Of a stretch of 64,000 nt of DNA, positions 58,697 through 64,000 are shown piece after piece. The position numbers and the translations under genes were made by a program. Each line of letters opens with the position of its first letter. The first letter of the stretch is position 1. A model generated the notes under the pieces. That model had not been told where the DNA came from, did not search any database, and saw only the letters and a list, made by a program, of their open reading frames with translations. Source of the DNA: Tetramitus jugosus (Eukaryota > Protista > Heterolobosea); NCBI GenBank assembly GCA_937625935.1, contig OW569367.1, forward strand, positions 186,001 through 250,000, given 5' to 3'.

Positions 58697-58835
58697 TAAA
58701 AGTTTACAATTTCCAAGGATGTAGTTCGGTGAAATAAAACCCATAATAAAAAAATTATGATTTCCCGAGAAGACACCTTAACGCTCCTACATAATCGGGA
58801 CTTACATAGCAGCTTGATGGAGTGAGCCTTGGAGG
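58697..58835 (-). ncRNA. Putative Fanzor omegaRNA (scaffold plus flank-derived guide); boundaries approximate
   Basis: Stem UCCCGA/UCGGGA (58795-58800 with 58763-58768) and stem CAUAAU/AUUAUG (58754-58759 with 58742-58747). Loop AUGUAG (58787-58792) is complementary to CUACAU (58719-58724) at the element end, a pseudoknot. Position is immediately 3' of the Fanzor stop. Confidence 0.65.
58715..58731 (+). repeat. Terminal inverted repeat at the Fanzor 3' end: AAGGATGTAGTTCG(g)TG
   Basis: 14/14 (16/17 extended) reverse complement of 62256-62272. Confidence 0.8.
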
Positions 58836-60577
58836 TGTTCCACCATTTTGATTAATTCTTTTGCGACTCGGACGACAGAGACATTCAACGTTCCATTCCT
58901 GTCTATTCTCTTATGCTTGACTGGCTTCATGTGAGAATGGCAATGATGACATTTCTGACTTGTCATGAACTCGTCGATCATTTTCACTTTGAAGTGCTCA
59001 TTCAACTTTTTCAATAGCTTTCCTTTTGGTGTTGGAGCATGTCCTTTGTAACAATGACCAAAACCAGCATTGCCCATCCCAATTAACATGCTTCTTCCAT
59101 TTGCTCTCTTTCGAAAGTCATTCATAACATTGGCAATCGTCTTATCTCTCATTATATAGCTATCCCAATTCAGTCTCTTCACCTTTGGGGTGCAATAAAA
59201 ATTCAACAAATCATCCTCGACTTTCAATACAGAATTGATGTGTTCAAGGAACAGACCACTTGTTGGTACACCGGCCTGTTTGATTGAGTTTTGGAGTTCA
59301 TCCAAGTTCTTCTCATTCATTTCGTTCCATTCTGCTTTGTATTTCAACAATCGCTTGGAGTTTTTCGAATGGTGGGACAGATGTCTATATGTTTTGTTAG
59401 ACAACTCCCACTTCTTGCCATCTGAATCAACACAACTCACCAACGTAACAATACCCGGGTCAATCCCAACCAAATATTCAGCACCTTCGTTCATACTTGT
59501 TTCCTTCTTTCTCTTCTTTGCTTCTTTCTGGTCCTTGGATTCCTTTGCCTTATTGTTCTTGTGATTGCCAACGAGTTGATGTCTGAGAACAACAGAGGCC
59601 TGAATACCGTCAGTTCTGATTGAGTCGATTTGAATCTTCTTTGTTCCAACATTCAAACACTTGAGATTACACTTCAATTCAGTTGACTCCTCGCCCTTCT
59701 TTTGTCTTCCTTGTTTCTTCTGTTTAAGCATATCAACTAATTCCTTTGTGCCAATCTCCATACACCTGCACTTGAAATGAGACAAAGGAAGTAGTGCAAA
59801 CGATTTCATATTATTGTTGATCAGAAATTGTTGAACATGCCAGTAAAACTTCAGCATGTTATTGGTGTTGTTCTTCACAAATGATTCATCAATTATTTCA
59901 TCAGTTTTAGCATCAACAAGTGTTCGAACCTCTCGGATCAACACAGGAATCGTCTCTATCAACTCTTTTGGAGGCAATTTGATAAAATCGTGGACAGGAG
60001 TGCTAAATGTCAACCTTCTGATAATGTATTCAACAACCCTTCTTTGTTCTGACTTTGGAATAGATGAGTCACTGTGTAGTTGATTCATTCTGACCCTCAG
60101 ATACTTCCTCAGTCTTGGTTCCAATGTGAACTTGAGCATGTTGGAGATGTTGACATTGAGAGACCTGGCAACATAATTGATGGACGTGGCAAAACTCTGA
60201 TAAATCTTTCTGAGTTTGACTACTACATCGTCCATGTTGACAGACTCGTTGATGAGACTTAAGTTATTGTCTCTTGGTTTTGAATTGCGTCCAAACAACA
60301 CAGAACCTAATCTTTGAAGAAACACTTGATCTAATAAAGGGATTTGATAGTCAGACTCCAAGTGCCTCAAAACGAATATGTTTATAAATCTTGTGAGTCG
60401 AAGAGCAATCCTTGTAATCTCCAGAGCTTGAGTCTGTATGATTGGTAACAGAGTTGGATGATGCAACAACAGAGACTTCAGACCGACCTTGACCACGTAA
60501 TGTGATGAGTATTCATTCTTTTTGACAGTCTCTCTCTTTCTCTTTCTCTTGCCGTCCTTCGGCACGCCTCGTGGCAT
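58802..60577 (-). CDS. Fanzor1 (eukaryotic TnpB-derived RNA-guided RuvC nuclease), 591 aa from the ATG; C-terminus atypical
   Basis: NLS KRKRKR; Fanzor1-type VVKVGLKSLL, FALLP and SIRTDG motifs; RuvC-I VGIDPG; IGMGNAGF with rearranged RuvC-II IDEFMTS; CHHC zinc knuckle. Confidence 0.9.
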   Translation of the reverse strand: MPRGVPKDGKRKRKRETVKKNEYSSHYVVKVGLKSLLLHHPTLLPIIQTQALEITRIALRLTRFINIFVLRHLESDYQIPLLDQVFLQRLGSVLFGRNSKPRDNNLSLINESVNMDDVVVKLRKIYQSFATSINYVARSLNVNISNMLKFTLEPRLRKYLRVRMNQLHSDSSIPKSEQRRVVEYIIRRLTFSTPVHDFIKLPPKELIETIPVLIREVRTLVDAKTDEIIDESFVKNNTNNMLKFYWHVQQFLINNNMKSFALLPLSHFKCRCMEIGTKELVDMLKQKKQGRQKKGEESTELKCNLKCLNVGTKKIQIDSIRTDGIQASVVLRHQLVGNHKNNKAKESKDQKEAKKRKKETSMNEGAEYLVGIDPGIVTLVSCVDSDGKKWELSNKTYRHLSHHSKNSKRLLKYKAEWNEMNEKNLDELQNSIKQAGVPTSGLFLEHINSVLKVEDDLLNFYCTPKVKRLNWDSYIMRDKTIANVMNDFRKRANGRSMLIGMGNAGFGHCYKGHAPTPKGKLLKKLNEHFKVKMIDEFMTSQKCHHCHSHMKPVKHKRIDRNGTLNVSVVRVAKELIKMVEHLQGSLHQAAM

Positions 60578-60949
60578 AATGTTATTGTATTTGTTGTGTG
60601 GTGTATTTGTTGTGTGTTGTATTTGTTGTGTGAGTTGAATCAAACAGCGAAAAAGACAGCGCTTTTTAAACCGAGGAAGATGGCCGTTGCCGTTGTAAAG
60701 ACAGTCTCAACGGAAATTTTTACAACTGCACCAATTCCGCAGCTTAGAGGAAACTGATACAACATTTATTGTATTTTTTTATAATATATCCACCTATCTA
60801 TCCAATCTTGAACCAAACGAAAGACAACGAAAAACTTTCTCTCTGACACGACAACAACAACAACGAAAAACACAAGTCGCACAACGAACATCAACAACAA
60901 CAACAACAACCAAATCAATCAAAAAAGATGGAGAGTCGACAAGAGGTGT

Positions 60950-61597
60950 CTATTTGCAGTGTGCATTGTAGATTCTCTGAGCAAGTTTCAAGTAGGAGAA
61001 TACAAGCGGTACCAATGTGTATTGAATTCTCTTGACACCACCCTGACCAAAGTGCTTTCTGGCTGCGGCCAAAACTTTAAACAATTGATCAGTATCGCTA
61101 TTATCAAACAAATGAACCAATCTGGCAATCAAGTTCTGTTCTTCTTCGAAATCTTCGAGCAATGTTGCAGCTATTGGTGAGTCGTCAGAAGGTGAGAATG
61201 TTGTTTGGTCTTCCTCATCCTTCAACAGTGGACGAATCAAATCAAACAGTTTGTTCACTTGTTCAAATGTTGAAATCTTGTGTCCATTGTCAAGTGCGCA
61301 TCTCACAATGCTCAGTGCAATAAACTTTCTCTGTTCATATCCAAGAGAATGAATAATATCACCATACTTCTCCAACTTCAAAACTGTTAGCACATTGTTG
61401 TATGACTCGAGTGGCACCAACAACAATCGCTTCAACATCTCTACAATTTCATCTGAAGCAAGTGCAGTGCTATTCAATTGACTAGCAATGTTATTAATAA
61501 TCTTGTTGACATAGTCAGTGTTATCAGGATATGTTTGAAGAGCAAGTGTCATCAATGAGATCTGAATACTCAAGTTATCGGACAATTCAACACCTCT
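60950..61597 (-). pseudogene. VPS35: Internal fragment of VPS35 (retromer)
   Basis: SIQISLMTLALQTYPDNTDYVNKI, DFEEEQNLIARLVHL and ARKHFGQGGVKRIQYTLVPLVF. No room for the rest of the roughly 800-aa protein on either side. Confidence 0.85.
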
Positions 61598-61718
61598 CTA
61601 ATGGTATCAATAGGACAGAATTTGACAAACGTCAGAAAACTCATACTCATCATCAGGTCACCCGCATTCACGATGTCCTTCAGAGTGTTTGTTTTCTGTT
61701 TTTTGCAAGTTTTTTTTG

Positions 61719-62160
61719 ATGAAAAAAATACAAGGAAAAGGCGCCAAAAGAAGACATAACCAACACCAACAATTGGTAAAGTTTGGAGTCAAAAGAAAAG
61801 TAAGAATAACCGATATACATATTGATTTATTTGTGTATCTAGTTGGTTCGTTCCTTGGTGTAGAAGATGTGTTGAATTTGGTATTGACCTGTCGGGATTT
61901 TCGATCTTCGATAGTCAATAATCTATCAACAATAAGGTCTTATATGGACAATTTGTACTCATACTGTTTGGCCGTTTGCAGGTCAGGCTTACCGTGCAAA
62001 TTGCAAAGGAAATTTTTTGTGCCTGTTTTGATTGCTTGTTGAATCAACAAGTACTTGACCGCATCCTAAGCAGAACCATGAGGCAGTATTCATTATAATA
62101 CTCTTGGCTGAGACGGAACCACAGCCGGAACAGAACCATTGATGAGATGTGGCAACCATG
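61719..62160 (+). pseudogene. F-box-like gene fragment, broken reading frame
   Basis: ITDIHIDLFVYLVGSFLGVEDVLNLVLTCRDFR is an F-box pattern. The frame stops at 62042; a possible continuation in another frame has further stops. Confidence 0.5.
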
Positions 62161-62255
62161 ATCGTAAGCTTGTGTTTGTGATTGGGTGTCGTGCACCTGT
62201 TTTTTTGGGCAGTCTGGAAAATTTATAGGTAGAGTTCTATTTATACGTTGAGGTC

Positions 62256-62272
62256 CAACGAACTACATCCTT
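62256..62272 (-). repeat. Terminal inverted repeat at the element 5' end, overlapping a TTAA
   Basis: caaCGAACTACATCCTT followed by aa. Adjacent subterminal inverted repeat cgttg..caacg (62246-62260). Confidence 0.8.
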
Positions 62273-62397
62273 AAGAACAGAGCATCTATCGTGAATCTGG
62301 GATTTCTCATCACTAGGTGAGCATTCTTTCCCTGCTGGCCATAATTGGCCAGAATCAACATCTCCACTGACTTTGTGCCCAACAGTTCTTATACTTG

Positions 62398-64000
62398 TTA
62401 TGATAAATCGTTCTGGCTTCCTAAAATTTGGGGCAGCTCGAATTTCGACTTCCCATCATAACAAACTACACCTAGGTACACCACAGATTCGATCTCTCCA
62501 ATGGACTTGAAGTCAGCAGAGACTGTGATCTGAGGGTCTTTGGTCACTGGAAGTTGTTGAGTATAGTTTCTAATTGATTCAACCTTATTAAAAAGATATT
62601 ACAAAAACTCAATGGAGGTATGTCGTCCATTTACGATACTTGCACATTCTTCAGATTCACATTTTTCAAACTTAGCTCTTCCTTCCAATGGTAATCGTAC
62701 TGTTCCTTCCTCACCACTCCCAAGGCAAAACCAGTGTTTGCCTTGCTCTTTCTCTTCTGCTCTCTCTCCTCTCTAATATGATCATACAAATCGCTGAGGA
62801 GACGATTCTTGTCACTCAAAAAATCTTTAGCTTGGGTGTTTAGAGTTTTCATCTCTTTATGTGCCTTCCGTCTCACCCATCGAATGGTTCTATCTGTTTC
62901 CTCTCTGTTTCTTTCGTCATTCTCTAGAATCATTTTCTGTCTTAATAAACTTCGTTTAAACATCTCTACACTTCTCGGCTCTGCTTTCTTCATTTGTCTT
63001 ACTGTTCTTTCCGTACTTCCAAAGAAGAAAGCATTATTTACTCCCGTCTTAGGAAGAAGGTGTTGTGTGCCTGCTTTTGCTAGTTCTACGGGTGGTCGGT
63101 GAAAACGGCTCAATAATGGGCTCATGGTGTATGAATTCCAGAATCTATTGTCAATATTCATATCCTTCACCAAGGGAGTGCTCTTAGAATAGTGATATGT
63201 ATTATCCATGCTTGTTTTGACCCTCGCACGAACTGATGTTGGCTTTCTTTTGCGTGCGGATGGAGCCGTGGTCACTTTTCTGTCGATTAGCGAGAGCGTA
63301 CACTGACGACGTATCATATTGTGCACTGATTGAACACTATAACGAGGACTTTCGATTCTCTGTTGAGTTTCTAAATCCTCTCTAATCCCTTGAAAACTTA
63401 CTGCCGTTTCCCTCACTGCTGAAATCTCATGTTCTTCTTCTATTCTGCTCTTATGATCGGTACCTGCACCTCGAAACAAGTCGGAAAGAGCATGCTTTGA
63501 TGAATCATCTACTGTTTCAATCGATACTATATCGTTATCATCTGCTACGACTTCTGATATTTCTTCGTTTTCCTCTAAAATATCCTTGTGCTTTCGATCT
63601 TTTCGCTGATTATCCCAATGTTTTGGAAAATATTTTAGAATTCCTCTCTCTATCACATTCTTTCTTAACCGTATTCCTGTTAACATTTCAGATATCAATT
63701 CGTAGACTCTCATTTTAAAAGAGCTGGAACTAACTGCTTTAGATCCTGGAAAGTGATGCCTGAATCCCTTTACGATAGAATATGATATTGCATAGTGGTA
63801 ACAATCGAAGAACGCATCCCGATCATCCCTACTCATTTTCCAAAATAAACCTCGAATAGAGTTTGACATTTCATCTACCATTGATGTCAGTGAACTATCT
63901 GACATTGACTGTTGTTGAAAAAATGCACAAAACACGAACCAGAAACAGGTATTCAGTACAGTTCGAGATTCACAATTGTCAAAATACGACTTAAACTTTG
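62398..64000 (-). CDS. FAM227-like (FWWh domain) protein, 5' partial; tentative last exon 62583-62398
   Basis: The frame is open from the window edge: CFWFVFCAFFQ, RDAFFDCY, FRHHFPGS...FK...TG and TPLV. Possible GTATCG..AAG intron at 62584-62639. Confidence 0.65.

Larger units (their letters stand above)
58715..62272 (-). mobile_element. Non-autonomous TIR DNA transposon carrying a Fanzor1 gene and captured host gene fragments (3558 bp)
   Basis: Inverted repeats at 58715-58728 and 62259-62272 enclose the Fanzor ORF, a VPS35 fragment and an F-box fragment. It sits between the convergent 3' ends of two host genes. No transposase seen. Confidence 0.75.

Noticed and set aside
61598-61650. Intron-like stretch (GTATGA..CTGAC..TAG, minus strand) upstream of the VPS35 fragment, which would show DNA-level capture
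   Set aside because: No upstream frame gives VPS35-like sequence after splicing, so it may simply be the capture junction.
58715-62272. Possible transposase, serine recombinase (IS607) or Helitron ORF in the element
   Set aside because: No DDE transposase, resolvase or Rep/helicase motifs in any listed frame.
62235-62456. Minus-strand open frame of about 75 codons crossing the 5' TIR
   Set aside because: No clear start or splice entry and no recognisable motif. Kept only as a caveat on the element boundary.
1-64000. tRNA, rRNA and CRISPR arrays
   Set aside because: None recognised by eye. tRNAscan-SE and cmscan would be needed to exclude them formally.

Overview
Gene-dense eukaryotic DNA with short GT-AG introns, intergenic gaps often under 100 bp and CAA-rich 5' leaders. 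It probably comes from a flagellum-capable heterolobosean (Naegleria-like) protist. That is an inference from the gene set: CFAP251, FAM183, FAM227, RGS-START, a CACHE-type receptor adenylate cyclase and an RWP-RK protein. About 30 host genes are present. Recognisable ones are a DyP peroxidase, a lipase, RLP24, SF3B5, PP2C, a CCR4-like nuclease, SHMT, RPA1, CCT8, RPC9, a rhodanese, AK6, UBE2H, YIF1, RNase H2B, PRP38B, syntaxin-18, PLGRKT, CASTOR, SLC35A, VPS34, a ZW10-like gene and a CCX exchanger. The standout is a 3.56-kb element (58715-62272) bounded by a perfect 14-bp inverted repeat. It has no recognisable transposase. It carries a Fanzor1-type (TnpB-derived, RNA-guided) nuclease gene and a 3' non-coding segment with an omegaRNA-like stem-loop/pseudoknot. 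It also holds apparently captured host fragments (internal VPS35, a broken F-box gene, a gene leader), making it a candidate Pack-type non-autonomous Fanzor transposon. Other oddities include a myosin-like protein with dead motor motifs, an RWP-RK domain built from micro-exons, a hidden spliced microprotein, a metazoan-style CASTOR and E2F-like promoter motifs. All protein identifications are from motif recognition by eye; no searches were run.
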